Shown here: piece after piece, positions 8,022 through 18,696 of the stretch
How positions within the stretch are numbered: position 1 is the first letter of the stretch
Layout of the letters: the number at the start of each line of letters is the position of its first letter
From: a virus
Taxonomy: Duplodnaviria > Caudoviricetes
Length of the DNA: 64,000 nucleotides
Virus record (IMG/VR): IMGVR_UViG_3300028833_000073
Coordinates: 32,001-96,000 of that record
Strand: one strand, 5' to 3'
Position numbers and translations under genes: made by a program
Notes under the pieces: model-generated
What the model was told of the DNA's origin: nothing
Databases searched by the model: none
The model's input: the letters and a program-made list of their open reading frames with translations, nothing else

Positions 8022-10631
8022 CTAATTCATTACCTGAATAGTAATATCAGGTAGGTCTTTACTAGTAATGTTCACGCATATCAATTCAGGTACTTTTGTG
8101 ATGTCTGTTTCAAAGGGTTCCCTTGTAAGATGCTGTATAGAAGTATCATAATGATTGAAGTTAACAAAGTCAAAGAATTCAATTTGAGTCTTAAACTCTT
8201 CATATACAGCGGACTGAAGATTAGCAAAGTGAAGATCTCCAAGATTATTGAAGTTCTCTATATATTCCTTGATGTAGTTGGTAATATCAGTAAGATATTC
8301 CTCAGTAGCAGCAGGAGTAGGTTTAGTTCTGAATACAGGAGATATAGATGTGTTATCTAATTGAGTATCATTCTCTACTTTAAAGAATCTAGCAGGACCA
8401 TATGTGTTGAATAGCTTTATATCTACACCAAATCCATCTTCTATAGTTACTAGCTTGAAGTCTATGTAGTGTCTTACAATCTCTAGATACTCTACGATGT
8501 TTCTTATTCTCTCTTCGGTGATTACATAGTCATATTTGATACAAGGTACCTTCTTAATACTGTATCTAAGACTATTATCAGTACCCTGGGAGATATTGAT
8601 AAATGTGGATATGACTTTGCTATAGTTGTAATACATCGGTACTCCATTCATAATCGAGTACATGTTACAACAAGTCCATCCTTCTAGACCATTAACATAA
8701 GTGGATATAGCTCCTCTACCAGTATAGTCTTCAGATAGTTTAGCAAGTATATAGATATCAACATCTGTAGTTTCTGGGAAATATCCATCAATAGTGTAAG
8801 TTTGGTGAATATCATATAGATTCAATAGTTTAAGATTCATATCTTTATCCATAGTATTATCTGTGGTAAATCTGAAGTCATATCTGAATGATTGATCTTC
8901 ATCATTATAACTAACAAAGTCTGCATAAGCATATCTAGAAGGAGTACCATCTTTATTCTTAAGGATAGCTATGACCTTTAACTTAGCGTCAACTACAACC
9001 TCTTTATTATTTTCGTCTCTAGTAGTGATAAGAATATCATAGTTATCAGTATTGATGTTCTGTAGCATATTGAGAGACAAAATATAAGTGTTTCTATCAG
9101 TGAAGTACTCTCTTCTCCATCTGATATCATTCACTATGAATTGCAATGGAGAGTTCTGATTAATATAAGCGAAGGTTACATCTCTTACACAATCTATGAT
9201 GTTAATAAGATAGCTGACATAGAAAGGACTCTTATTGATTACCATTAAGAATGGATTGAAATATAAGAACCCACTGTCTCTATACTGCTTCATAGCTTCT
9301 TCATCATTAAGATAAGATGTCACTACTTGTCCATTGATATTTCTTCTATAGTAGATACAGTTACCAGGATATAGTAGATAGTTAGAGTTACTGATACCAT
9401 CGAACTGGTCTCTAGTAATGTCTATATCAATGGTATTTGTAGGAATGACATTGTTATCTTGCTTAATAGCTACATAGCTATAGTACAATCTCTCTAATGA
9501 ATCTAGTTTCTTAATAAAGTAAATCCTTCTATCATCTGTATTGATACTATTAAAGAAGCTTCCTAAATCACTAGTATTAGTTACACTACCTCTAGCTAGC
9601 ATCTCAGTAGGAATCAACTTCTTAAGATCCTCAGTAGAGTTACCATCTTCTCCTGTTTGAGAGTCTGTTAATGGTTTAGATATCATCCAGATATTGTTGT
9701 ATTTAAATCTGTCTGACTTCAGGTCAGACATGATAGTTTTTGTATAAGTAAAGTTACCTTCTTCTCCCTTAGTAGTATAGATATTGATAGTAATTCTCGC
9801 ATTTATTCTAGGCTGATATGATTCCTTCTTAAAAGTACATCTTATAGTCTTCTCGTCTAAGAATAGATAGGTTAGATACTTAGATCCAGTATTATCTATC
9901 AACCCATCATATACTGCATTAAGATGATAAGTATTATCTCCCTCTTTAACATCAATATTGAATCCAGCTAGCTGATCATCAAAAGAGAACTGAAATGTCT
10001 TATTCTGCAATGGGTTAGATGTAATAAGAGTAAGCTCTTGCCTATCTATAGCTACCTGTCTTATCTGAGTCTGTATAGCAATGATTCTAGTATTATTTAC
10101 AGTGAATCTTCCTACTGACTGTATATAAGGACTAGTAAGATCTGATAATGGATTAGATCTAGACATGTCATATAGAGCCGTATATACTGTGTCCTTATTA
10201 GGAAGAGTGACTCTTCTAATGATGATATCATAGTCTAGATGAAACTCAAAATCACCAACCATGATTTTGTAGTTAGAATCTAATGTAAATCTACCAGTAT
10301 AGTCTAGATTCTTCTCTAGTCTATCTTCTGGTAGATATACTACTACTTTCATTATCGCTGGTGTTGCCTCAGCAGATAATCCTAAAGAGTAAGCATGAGT
10401 CAATACATTTCTACCAAACTGAGCTTTAGTAGGTAATGCTTCTAATGAGTTCTCAGAAGCAGTCTGAGCTGAGTTTTGTAGAATATTAGCTTGTACTTCT
10501 CCAAAGTATCCAAAGATACCCATCTGTAATGGTTCATCATCCATATCTATATGCTTCTTCTTAATCTCATCTATGAAGGAATTACATTCATAGATGTCTG
10601 TGAAATCTACAGCCACATTTAATCCCTCCAC
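8022..10631 (-). CDS. baseplate wedge protein (T4 gp6-like)
   Basis: 869 aa; beta-rich middle; ITINIYTTKGEEGNF and GEDGNSTEDLKK...RGSVTNTSDL resemble gp6/baseplate-J motifs; structural context. Confidence 0.65.
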   Translation of the reverse strand: MEGLNVAVDFTDIYECNSFIDEIKKKHIDMDDEPLQMGIFGYFGEVQANILQNSAQTASENSLEALPTKAQFGRNVLTHAYSLGLSAEATPAIMKVVVYLPEDRLEKNLDYTGRFTLDSNYKIMVGDFEFHLDYDIIIRRVTLPNKDTVYTALYDMSRSNPLSDLTSPYIQSVGRFTVNNTRIIAIQTQIRQVAIDRQELTLITSNPLQNKTFQFSFDDQLAGFNIDVKEGDNTYHLNAVYDGLIDNTGSKYLTYLFLDEKTIRCTFKKESYQPRINARITINIYTTKGEEGNFTYTKTIMSDLKSDRFKYNNIWMISKPLTDSQTGEDGNSTEDLKKLIPTEMLARGSVTNTSDLGSFFNSINTDDRRIYFIKKLDSLERLYYSYVAIKQDNNVIPTNTIDIDITRDQFDGISNSNYLLYPGNCIYYRRNINGQVVTSYLNDEEAMKQYRDSGFLYFNPFLMVINKSPFYVSYLINIIDCVRDVTFAYINQNSPLQFIVNDIRWRREYFTDRNTYILSLNMLQNINTDNYDILITTRDENNKEVVVDAKLKVIAILKNKDGTPSRYAYADFVSYNDEDQSFRYDFRFTTDNTMDKDMNLKLLNLYDIHQTYTIDGYFPETTDVDIYILAKLSEDYTGRGAISTYVNGLEGWTCCNMYSIMNGVPMYYNYSKVISTFINISQGTDNSLRYSIKKVPCIKYDYVITEERIRNIVEYLEIVRHYIDFKLVTIEDGFGVDIKLFNTYGPARFFKVENDTQLDNTSISPVFRTKPTPAATEEYLTDITNYIKEYIENFNNLGDLHFANLQSAVYEEFKTQIEFFDFVNFNHYDTSIQHLTREPFETDITKVPELICVNITSKDLPDITIQVMN

Positions 10632-11572
10632 TCAAAGACATATTTGATTGTATTTCTATACTTATCCTGTTCAGTGCCAATCATAGGAGGATTACCAAAT
10701 ACATTATTTACATATCCTAGGTCTTTATCATATAGCTTAGCGTTAGATCCGCTGTATTGTTTACTAAGCTCATTGAAGTCTTCTATAATCATAGGATCCA
10801 TATCTTCTACCATATTAGCTTTGAAGTTAACAGTGAACTTGAAATTACCATCTTCTGGCATATCACTGAATGCACTACGAGGAACATTCTTAGGATATAC
10901 TCCATATAACTTAGCCCAATATATAACCTCTCTAGCATCCTCTGCTAGGATGAATTTGAATACAGCCATTTGGTCATGTATCTTTCTCTCTGTTATATAC
11001 TTACCACCACGATACTGCATAATATTTATACCACCATAAGACTTCTTTATCTCATACTCATCATAGAGCTTGAAGAATGTATATACATCTCTATACTTGT
11101 TATCTAAAAACTCCATAGAGAAGTCAAAGTCATCATTACTTGGAGCTGAAGACCTACGATAATAGATCTTTTGTCCCCACAAATTCTCTGCTGTTTCCAT
11201 ATCTTGTGAGTCTAGATCAGGAAGATCTAGATTACTTGCTCTATGATTATATAGAATAGCAGAAAAGGGTAAGCCATTCTCACTAAGAGATAGATCTGTT
11301 ATAGCAGGATGTCTTTCGTTTATGAATTTATTAAAGATAGGAGTTCCTACACCCCTTACATATAGATCTGGTTTAGTAAAGAACACATACTCGAATGTAT
11401 TACCTACACGATTATATGGATCTAAGTAATTGAATCTAATGAACTTATCTGTATCTCTTATATCTTCTCTATCAAATAAGCCATTACCCATTCTAGACTT
11501 CTTTAAGCTAGAATCTTCATCTCCTCTGCTCTCAAATGATTGAGCAGTTACGTTATCACCTGAATTAGGCAT
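10619..11572 (-). CDS. baseplate/tail-tube-initiator-like virion protein
   Basis: YVFFTKPDL and YWAKLYGVYPKNVP...FTVNFKA resemble tail-tube-fold proteins; overlaps the wedge gene start. Confidence 0.55.
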   Translation of the reverse strand: MPNSGDNVTAQSFESRGDEDSSLKKSRMGNGLFDREDIRDTDKFIRFNYLDPYNRVGNTFEYVFFTKPDLYVRGVGTPIFNKFINERHPAITDLSLSENGLPFSAILYNHRASNLDLPDLDSQDMETAENLWGQKIYYRRSSAPSNDDFDFSMEFLDNKYRDVYTFFKLYDEYEIKKSYGGINIMQYRGGKYITERKIHDQMAVFKFILAEDAREVIYWAKLYGVYPKNVPRSAFSDMPEDGNFKFTVNFKANMVEDMDPMIIEDFNELSKQYSGSNAKLYDKDLGYVNNVFGNPPMIGTEQDKYRNTIKYVFEWRD

Positions 11573-11641
11573 ATCAATTCACCTCTTTAAGAAGTATTAC
11601 TTTAAGGTCTTAAAAATCATATAATAAACCAAATCTTAGAC

Positions 11642-11657
11642 ACATATTATAATTGTG
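11642..11657 (+). promoter_or_regulatory. early promoter A(C/T)ATATTAT-N6-G
   Basis: ACATATTATaattgtG followed by the shared leader ccgtatag and a GAAAGGA RBS. Confidence 0.7.
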
Positions 11658-11694
11658 CCGTATAGTTAATAATGTTTTAGAAAGGATGATTCTT

Positions 11695-12141
11695 ATGAAG
11701 GTAACAAACAATGACAATGTTATCACGGTTGTATTTGAGGAGAGTGATATTGTAAAGATCTCAGCATGGATTGGTTATCATAAACGTGCTAGGAACTATG
11801 GTAGTCCAGAGGCTAAGAAAATATATGAAGCAAAGAGAGATCTTATTCTCGGTAAGGGCGAAGGAGATAATGCATTCAATATTATCTTTGATGAATTACT
11901 CTATAAGAATGGAGAGAACAAAGGATTGTTTAAAATGAAAGTAATACTCATTACTGCTAAAGGAGAGGATGCAGACGCTGCTCTTAAGAGTAGCTTTAAT
12001 GTTGATACTGTCACCAAGGAAGATAGGAAAGGAGTTATTCATGATTTGATTAAGAAATCAATAGAAGTATCTGAAACTAATGACAAGGCTTTCTATGATA
12101 AAGTAAAAGCAAGAGGATATGAACTGAAGTTTGAGATCTGA
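11695..12141 (+). CDS. early hypothetical protein
   Basis: ORF track entry; start moved to ATG 11695 after the RBS. Confidence 0.75.
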   Translation: MKVTNNDNVITVVFEESDIVKISAWIGYHKRARNYGSPEAKKIYEAKRDLILGKGEGDNAFNIIFDELLYKNGENKGLFKMKVILITAKGEDADAALKSSFNVDTVTKEDRKGVIHDLIKKSIEVSETNDKAFYDKVKARGYELKFEI

Positions 12142-12163
12142 TCACTAATCGGTAAGTAGGATT

Positions 12164-12189
12164 TAGAGTACCCATCTAGGGTACTCTAT
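12164..12189 (+). terminator. GAGTACC/GGTACTC-stem terminator
   Basis: tagagtaccc-atctag-gggtactcta followed by a T-rich tract. Confidence 0.7.
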
Positions 12190-12225
12190 TTCTTCCTATC
12201 TATAGTAGAAATGAGGTAATATTCA

Positions 12226-12861
12226 ATGAGAGATACAAATACTATAAAAAGATTCAAAGACTATGATTTGTTTGTTGAAGAATGTAATGAGCTTAAAGAT
12301 TTTGTTATTGATTACATGGGAAGAGATAAATATGGATCAGTAAATATAAAGATGATTAAAGCATTTTCTTCTTTTGAAAAATCTACACTATTTGGTAGAT
12401 ACTATCGACCAACTGATACGATTGCTATATATCTGTATAATATACGCAACCGTACAGAAATGCATCAACATGCTAAGTTATTAGCAATAACAGTGATAAT
12501 ACATGAACTAGTTCATTCTAATAGATGTGCAGATACTAAGAATGATATTATCTTTAATGCACACAAAAACTATAAGAATGCAATGGAATTAGATTGCAGA
12601 CTACAAACCATGAGAATATTTACTGGGATGAAAGACATACTTATCAAAAGGCCATATTTATTTACTGAAAAAGCAATCAATCAGCAGATAATCAATATTA
12701 AGATTGATATTTTAAAGTATTACTGGAATATGATACCAGATGATGAATCCATTGGTATAAAGACCAATGATAAGATACGTGAGAAACTAAATGAGATATC
12801 TGATCTACTAGAACAAGAAGATATCTTTAAAGATGTTCCTGAATTTGGATGGATAAGATAA
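12226..12861 (+). CDS. putative zincin-like (HExxH) metalloprotein
   Basis: FGRYY...IAIYL...TVIIHELVH and a downstream E, typical of SprT/IrrE-like zincins. Confidence 0.5.
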   Translation: MRDTNTIKRFKDYDLFVEECNELKDFVIDYMGRDKYGSVNIKMIKAFSSFEKSTLFGRYYRPTDTIAIYLYNIRNRTEMHQHAKLLAITVIIHELVHSNRCADTKNDIIFNAHKNYKNAMELDCRLQTMRIFTGMKDILIKRPYLFTEKAINQQIINIKIDILKYYWNMIPDDESIGIKTNDKIREKLNEISDLLEQEDIFKDVPEFGWIR

Positions 12862-12920
12862 TAAATTTAGAGTACCCTAAATGGGTACTCTATTTCTTCT
12901 GACCAAATTCAAAAATAGGC

Positions 12921-12936
12921 ATATATTATATATGTG
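12921..12936 (+). promoter_or_regulatory. early promoter
   Basis: ATATATTATatatgtG preceded by ACCAAATTCAAAAATAGGC. Confidence 0.7.
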
Positions 12937-13074
12937 AGCTTAGAGCAATAAGTTTTAAGAAAAGGAGTTGATTTTATAAACAAAGGTAATAGAGATGTTG
13001 ATCAGGTTGTCACTGGTGGACAATACCTTTGTGTAGATTTTTATGACTAATATGACTATAGAATATAAGTATTT

Positions 13075-13360
13075 CATTCACCTGAAGCGAAGTTCCGAGA
13101 GTCGATCCTGGCGCAAGACATTGTGGGGGCGCCTAGTCTTAGAGCATGGTTAGCTCTATGCGCGTAGATAGTAGTGGAAGGAAAGTTTCTGCCGCGCACG
13201 AATAAGGACGTAATAAATCCCTGGAACGCTGAATCGTATTGGTGATCGGAGGTGGATTAATAATTGAAGATAGTATCAGATTCTCCGCCGAATATGGATC
13301 TATTTGGTCCAGGCGTAAAATTAGAATTGTAGCGAAAGTTACTTACGCCAAATATCCTGA
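13075..13360 (+). ncRNA. candidate structured ncRNA of unknown family
   Basis: GC-rich and lacks a long plus-strand ORF; lies between an early promoter and a terminator; several stems with G-U pairs, a GAAA tetraloop and a possible pseudoknot. Confidence 0.5.
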
Positions 13361-13379
13361 AGAAATACTTGAATTGATT

Positions 13380-13410
13380 AGAGTACCTTTTGGGTACTCT
13401 TTTCTTTTTT
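13380..13410 (+). terminator. GAGTACC/GGTACTC-stem terminator
   Basis: agagtacc-ttttg-ggtactct plus T-tract. Confidence 0.75.
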
Positions 13411-13433
13411 CCTGAGTAAACAAAATCTTGGAG

Positions 13434-13449
13434 ATATATTATATATGGG
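13434..13449 (+). promoter_or_regulatory. early promoter
   Basis: ATATATTATatatggG. Confidence 0.6.
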
Positions 13450-13542
13450 AAGGAAGAGAGAGATATGTTTTGAATCATTTAACCTCCAACTAATAGATTT
13501 AGCTAAGACTAAATAACAAATAGAAAGGAAAGATGATTCAAG

Positions 13543-13914
13543 ATGTCTAGAAGAAAGAATTACTCTATTCCTGATTGTCCTAAAATTGGAAGGTATGATG
13601 GTCTTGGAATGGCCGCTGTGCCATTAGCAATAGCAGATAAGGAGAGAGAGTTAGGTATTAGTCATAGTAGTTCTTCTTCATATGACTATGGCTATGATGA
13701 TTATAGTTATGAAGAGGACGAAAAAGAGCTTGAAAAAGAATATGATGATATATATAATCGGGGAAAGAAACGTGGGTTTGAAGAAGGCTATCTTAAAGGA
13801 AGATTAGAAGTCTTGGTTGATTTTCTTGATAAAGATATTGATTATATACAAGATAAGATCAATGAAGATATATATATACTTGCATTCGGTAAAGATGCCA
13901 TAAACCATATTTAA
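13543..13914 (+). CDS. early hypothetical protein
   Basis: GAAAGGA RBS; acidic middle; GxxxG-periodic helix. Confidence 0.7.
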   Translation: MSRRKNYSIPDCPKIGRYDGLGMAAVPLAIADKERELGISHSSSSSYDYGYDDYSYEEDEKELEKEYDDIYNRGKKRGFEEGYLKGRLEVLVDFLDKDIDYIQDKINEDIYILAFGKDAINHI

Positions 13915-13952
13915 AGTTTCTTTCCCATCTCTCTCTTCTTTTTTGTCACTAG

Positions 13953-13964
13953 AACTCTTAATTA
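13953..13964 (+). promoter_or_regulatory. late promoter variant AACT-N6-TA
   Basis: AACTcttaatTA upstream of the three-gene plus-strand operon. Confidence 0.55.
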
Positions 13965-13977
13965 AATTAAATAAGGG

Positions 13978-15684
13978 GTGATTAATGATATGAATAGTCT
14001 TAGACAAGACCCCAAAGCTATACATGAGACTGTAGTTCGAGATATAGTCGAAATAATAGCTGATGGTATTAAGCAACATAACGACTATGATGACTTTGTT
14101 ACCTTTGGTAAGTCTACTAGAAATAGAAGCTTTAGGTCAATTACTAAAGCATCATCTAATTTAATACTTACATTCCCTGTATTGATTAGTGATCAGGCTG
14201 ATTTAGAATCAGCAACTATGATTATGAAGTCCCATGAGAGAAAATGTGCTGCAATGATGCAGATGCTTTTTTCTGCTCTATCTGTGTCTACTGATAGTGA
14301 GAACGTCTATGAGTATCTACAGAAGTTTCATAAGAATCTAGACTTTGATTCTAATGATATGAATGTAGATAATTTCGTAGACTCTATGGATACTATTGCT
14401 GATAGAGTAGATGAAGCTGCTATTGAAGAGAATAGATTCTTTAAAGAGTGGGCTTATAAGCTCATTCAAGAAGATATGAAGAATCTAGGATATGAGCTTA
14501 AGAATAAGAAGTTAGAGTCTGTTGGAATCAATGAGTATAAAGTCTTTAGTAAGAGTGGTCCTGGTGGTACTGTTAAGATAATGAGACCTATTAATGAAGA
14601 TGCTTATGGGGATAGTAGATATTATGGAAATCTTCCTCCTAGTGATCAATTGAAATGGGATGCAATATATTCTAGTTATAAAGATGAGTATGGTGAAGCT
14701 ACTGCAAGAAGAGTTGCTGATACTGCTGCAGCAACAGGATTTTCTCAAGGAGCAATGGAAGATCTTGGTAGAGAGTTAGAAGATAAAGGTCATATGAAAG
14801 TAAGGACAAGAGATCTTATTGATAAATACAAGCAAAGAGGAGAAGAAATAGATAAGTTAAATAGAAGAGTTGATATAAAATCAAAAATTGCTAAACGTAA
14901 TCTTAGCGATGCTAGAAAATTTAGAAAAGGTCTTGGAGGAAAAGCTGGTGCACCAGAAAGACATTGGGCACAACAGTATTCCGATAGGATGCAAGGTATG
15001 GAGAAAGCACATTCAATGGCTGCTAATCCATTTGTGAAGACTGATGTACCTAAGGCTAATGAATTACTTCCTACTATGATGGTAATTCACTTCCATTCTT
15101 ATGCTTCTAATGAACCTGTAACTGCTGTTATAGGAATTAAAGCTAAGTTATATCCTATTCCTTCTCAAGAGATTGTAAATCGTCTTGTTATAAGGAATAA
15201 GGATAACCATGGATTCCATAATTTCCTTAGAGCAGCAACAAGAGAAATCTCTTTCTTAAAGGATTTTGTTTTTGCTGTAGATAAGGCTAAGATAGATGCT
15301 TTGTCTTCTTCTAAGAGAGGATCAGATAGTAAGATCTGGAAGCTATTAGAGAAGAGAGCTATTAAGAGTCGTATACGTAGGTCTATGGGTATGACTAATG
15401 ATGCTACTGCTATAACATCTTTAGTGGTTACTTCAGATGAAGTAGAGATACTTAAGAAGGAGTATAATGTAGATATCGAGAGGATACCTGTTATTAGACC
15501 TATCATGGATGCATATAACCTTATGGGTATTGCTATCATTAATCAGAACTTAGAATCAGTGAAGTTCTTATATGATGATGGTAGTAATAATTATGAAACT
15601 TATTCTTATAGATCTCTAGAACGTGAAACTGGAGATCAAAACTATAAGAAGATCGTTAATCTTATGACTAAAATGGTGAGGTGA
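13978..15684 (+). CDS. putative virion structural protein
   Basis: 568 aa; late promoter; coupled to the next gene (GTGA overlap); probable start at ATG 13990. Confidence 0.6.
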   Translation: MINDMNSLRQDPKAIHETVVRDIVEIIADGIKQHNDYDDFVTFGKSTRNRSFRSITKASSNLILTFPVLISDQADLESATMIMKSHERKCAAMMQMLFSALSVSTDSENVYEYLQKFHKNLDFDSNDMNVDNFVDSMDTIADRVDEAAIEENRFFKEWAYKLIQEDMKNLGYELKNKKLESVGINEYKVFSKSGPGGTVKIMRPINEDAYGDSRYYGNLPPSDQLKWDAIYSSYKDEYGEATARRVADTAAATGFSQGAMEDLGRELEDKGHMKVRTRDLIDKYKQRGEEIDKLNRRVDIKSKIAKRNLSDARKFRKGLGGKAGAPERHWAQQYSDRMQGMEKAHSMAANPFVKTDVPKANELLPTMMVIHFHSYASNEPVTAVIGIKAKLYPIPSQEIVNRLVIRNKDNHGFHNFLRAATREISFLKDFVFAVDKAKIDALSSSKRGSDSKIWKLLEKRAIKSRIRRSMGMTNDATAITSLVVTSDEVEILKKEYNVDIERIPVIRPIMDAYNLMGIAIINQNLESVKFLYDDGSNNYETYSYRSLERETGDQNYKKIVNLMTKMVR

Positions 15685-17438
15685 ATAGTACAATGGGAAT
15701 TTATAACCCTTCAATAGATAGTGAAGGTCTAAAGAGTGCTATTGAGAATGAGTTTGGAGTAACTGCTAGTAATCCTTTGTCTCCAGAGGCTAAAGCAGTT
15801 GCTAAGTGTTCTAAGTCATTCACTACTGGTAAGGCTATCCGTACTCTTAAGGAGAATGGATGGACTGATGCTATGATCAATAGCTTACTACTAGAAACTG
15901 CTAAGAAGAGTAAGAAAAAGAAAGATGATGAGAAAGATGAAGATACTTCTACTGATGATATTGATTCTATTGATCTCGATGACAGTGATTCTGATTCATC
16001 TGATTCTAAGTCTAAGTCTAAAGGATCCGATGATAGTGACAGTGATAAAGATTCTAGCAATTCTGATTCTGATGATGATGATAAGGATTTACATAAAGAT
16101 GTAGATGATGATAAGAAGTCTAAGAAGAGTAAGAAGAAAGACGACGATGATAAAGATGATGAAAAGGACGATGACGATAAGGATGAGGATGACAAGAAGT
16201 CGAAGAAAAAGAAAGGAAAGAAGAACTCTAAGAAGAAGGAAGATGATCTTGAAGAGCATGGTTCTATTTCTTCTAATTCTCCTCATACTTTTGATCCAAT
16301 CAAAGCCATAGAAGAAGAGTTTGATGCATACTTCAAAGTAGGAGTTAAGTCAGTACCTATTCCTAAACCTAGGGGATTCTTAGAGGCTACTAGACTTAGG
16401 GTAGATCCCTCATATGAGAGACCATTTAAGACTCCTGAGTTTAATAGAGCTGTAATGGAAAACCTAGATATGTCTGATCATAATACTAGAGTTATTATGA
16501 CTACAGTGGATGAAGATGATCAATCTATTGTGCTTCAGTCTTTGACTAATAAGCTATATGATATGATCGTTGATAAGTCTACTGATATTGACTATGGTGA
16601 AATTCCTAATACTAAGGGAGATATTGATGCTCTTTCTAACATTGCTAAGATTGAAGAGTGCTTAGATACTATCTCTAGTATCTGCACTCAGTATAAACAA
16701 CCTACTGATCAGGTAGATATTGTTAAGAGGGCTATTGATAATACAAGGGAAAGAAAAGAGCTATTTATGACTGGCTATCAGAGAGGTGCTGGATTCACTG
16801 TATTCACATATCAAACAGTGGTTCTTGCTATCGTAGCTAGTACATCTCTATTGATTTCTTCTTGTATTGAATTCATTAAGAATCCTGGAAGTGAGTCATT
16901 CTCTATTTCCTTTGACAAGGCTGGTATGAGTAAGTCTAAGAACAGCTTACTTTTCAACAATCTTAGGGAATATAATAAGATCTGTGATGATAAGAGTATT
17001 GATAAGGCTCTCACTACTACGAATGCTACGGAAGAGAGACATTTCTTAGGTACATCCACTATGGCTACACTAGCTCTTGCTGGTGCTGTGGCTGTTATCC
17101 TATTTAATATTCTTCCGATTCTAAGAGAGCTTACATACTTCTTCTACTATACTCGTACAAGGATTTCTGATTACTTCAATCTACAGGCAGATCTCTTAGA
17201 GATCAATGCTGAACGTCTTAAGCAAGATGAACCAGAAACTGTAGGTAATAGAAATATGGTTATTAAGAGACAGAAGGCTATTGCTGAGAGATTCAGAAAG
17301 CTAGCTGACTTCTTTATGATAGATAGTAGACAGACTGAGGGTAGGGTAGTAAGAGAGATATCTCAGACTAAGAAGACCCTCAAAGCAGATGATATCATGG
17401 ATAATGTTCCTGATAGTACAGCATCTGCTCTATTCTAA
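15681..17438 (+). CDS. putative virion/head protein with Asp/Lys/Ser low-complexity segment and hydrophobic helices
   Basis: LLE|TAKKSKKKKDD resembles 7232-7510; two hydrophobic stretches (VVLAIVASTSLLISS; LALAGAVAVILFNILP). Confidence 0.6.
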   Translation: MNSTMGIYNPSIDSEGLKSAIENEFGVTASNPLSPEAKAVAKCSKSFTTGKAIRTLKENGWTDAMINSLLLETAKKSKKKKDDEKDEDTSTDDIDSIDLDDSDSDSSDSKSKSKGSDDSDSDKDSSNSDSDDDDKDLHKDVDDDKKSKKSKKKDDDDKDDEKDDDDKDEDDKKSKKKKGKKNSKKKEDDLEEHGSISSNSPHTFDPIKAIEEEFDAYFKVGVKSVPIPKPRGFLEATRLRVDPSYERPFKTPEFNRAVMENLDMSDHNTRVIMTTVDEDDQSIVLQSLTNKLYDMIVDKSTDIDYGEIPNTKGDIDALSNIAKIEECLDTISSICTQYKQPTDQVDIVKRAIDNTRERKELFMTGYQRGAGFTVFTYQTVVLAIVASTSLLISSCIEFIKNPGSESFSISFDKAGMSKSKNSLLFNNLREYNKICDDKSIDKALTTTNATEERHFLGTSTMATLALAGAVAVILFNILPILRELTYFFYYTRTRISDYFNLQADLLEINAERLKQDEPETVGNRNMVIKRQKAIAERFRKLADFFMIDSRQTEGRVVREISQTKKTLKADDIMDNVPDSTASALF

Positions 17439-17456
17439 TTAGGAGGTATATATCTT

Positions 17457-18656
17457 ATGCCTAGATTATTAACCGATAAAGAATTCACACAGAAGCTATT
17501 GAAACAACAAGCTCTACGTGAAGAGAATGAAAGAATCCAAGCTAAGCTTGATAAGAAGAATAAACAGAGAGCTTTAAGAGAATCTTATGATGCTTCTAAA
17601 GAATTTAACCGTAAAGGAATTATTCAGGAGCAGAATAGTAAAGCTTATAGTAACTTCAAGAGAAGTATTAAAGAAGCTTTACTTACAGAAGCAATCATGT
17701 TCTCTTATAGTCAAAGTATTCCTCCAATGATGGTTGAGGAAACCTATAAGAGAGGTATTGATCCTCAGAATCTTCAAAGAGGATTTGTACAGGATTTCAT
17801 TAAAGAGAATGGTGGAGTCTCTAAGCTACTCACTAGGTTTAGCTATAAGAATGATGTTCTTTCTGAGTATGCTAGACTTATTAACGAGACAGCTAAGGAT
17901 ATTGCTGAGAATAATGATAAGAATGATCCTTCTTCATTCGGTATTCCTACTAACGCTAAGGAAACATTCTATTCTGGTTTAGCTCAGGCTACTCCTGAAG
18001 AAGTTATTGATACTATCAAGAGCAGAGTAGCTGATAGTATTAGTGGTTTCTTAGATGAGAACCGTAATATGAAAAATGCTATCACTGATATCATTAGTAA
18101 TAACCAGGCTAAGGCTGAAGTAGATAATGATCAGCTTAAAGAACAATACCATGGTAAGACTGATGAAGAGATTGAAGCTATTAAAGAACAGCGTCTTCAG
18201 AAGATCAATGTAAAGACTAATAAACTGATTAGAGAAGCTAGAGAGAAGTATAGTAGGTCTGTACTAGGAGAGATGGTAAAGACTCTTGGTAAGAGTGTAA
18301 TGAAGGATCAAGTCATTAGAGAGTCATTCTTCACTGAAGGTACTCTTAATGTAGATGCTCTTGTAGAGACAGCAGTAATGATGTATGGTCTACTAGAGAC
18401 AGTCAATGCTCTACAGATTGTCAATGTAGATGAAGCATATATTCAAAAGGTACTAGAAGATATGAGTCAACCTAGTACTCCTGCATCTAAGAGTGAACAA
18501 TATAAGAGTGAAACTCCTAAGGAAACATCTGATCCTACTAAGACATCTCCTTCAAGTAGTTCATCATCTAGTTCATCTCCTTCAAGTACTACTCCATCTT
18601 CTAGTTCATCTTCATCTAGCTCTAGTAGTTCTACTGGTATGTGTTCTAAGAAGTAA
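17457..18656 (+). CDS. putative virion protein with Ser-rich tail
   Basis: AGGAGG RBS; helical 399 aa; last gene of the late operon. Confidence 0.6.
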   Translation: MPRLLTDKEFTQKLLKQQALREENERIQAKLDKKNKQRALRESYDASKEFNRKGIIQEQNSKAYSNFKRSIKEALLTEAIMFSYSQSIPPMMVEETYKRGIDPQNLQRGFVQDFIKENGGVSKLLTRFSYKNDVLSEYARLINETAKDIAENNDKNDPSSFGIPTNAKETFYSGLAQATPEEVIDTIKSRVADSISGFLDENRNMKNAITDIISNNQAKAEVDNDQLKEQYHGKTDEEIEAIKEQRLQKINVKTNKLIREAREKYSRSVLGEMVKTLGKSVMKDQVIRESFFTEGTLNVDALVETAVMMYGLLETVNALQIVNVDEAYIQKVLEDMSQPSTPASKSEQYKSETPKETSDPTKTSPSSSSSSSSSPSSTTPSSSSSSSSSSSSTGMCSKK

Positions 18657-18664
18657 TAAAGATA

Positions 18665-18696
18665 GAGGTACCTTATGGTACCTCTTTTTCTTTTTT
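18665..18696. terminator. probable bidirectional terminator
   Basis: gaggtacc-ttat-ggtacctc plus T-tract between convergent genes. Confidence 0.7.

Noticed and set aside
13176-13200. gaaggaaagtttctgccgcgcacg resembles the RNase P 5' conserved region
   Set aside because: No matching 3' P4 strand or terminal conserved region found, so it was not called RNase P
15895-16250. Asp/Lys/Ser low-complexity DNA (also 18480-18640) as a repeat element
   Set aside because: Explained by low-complexity protein coding
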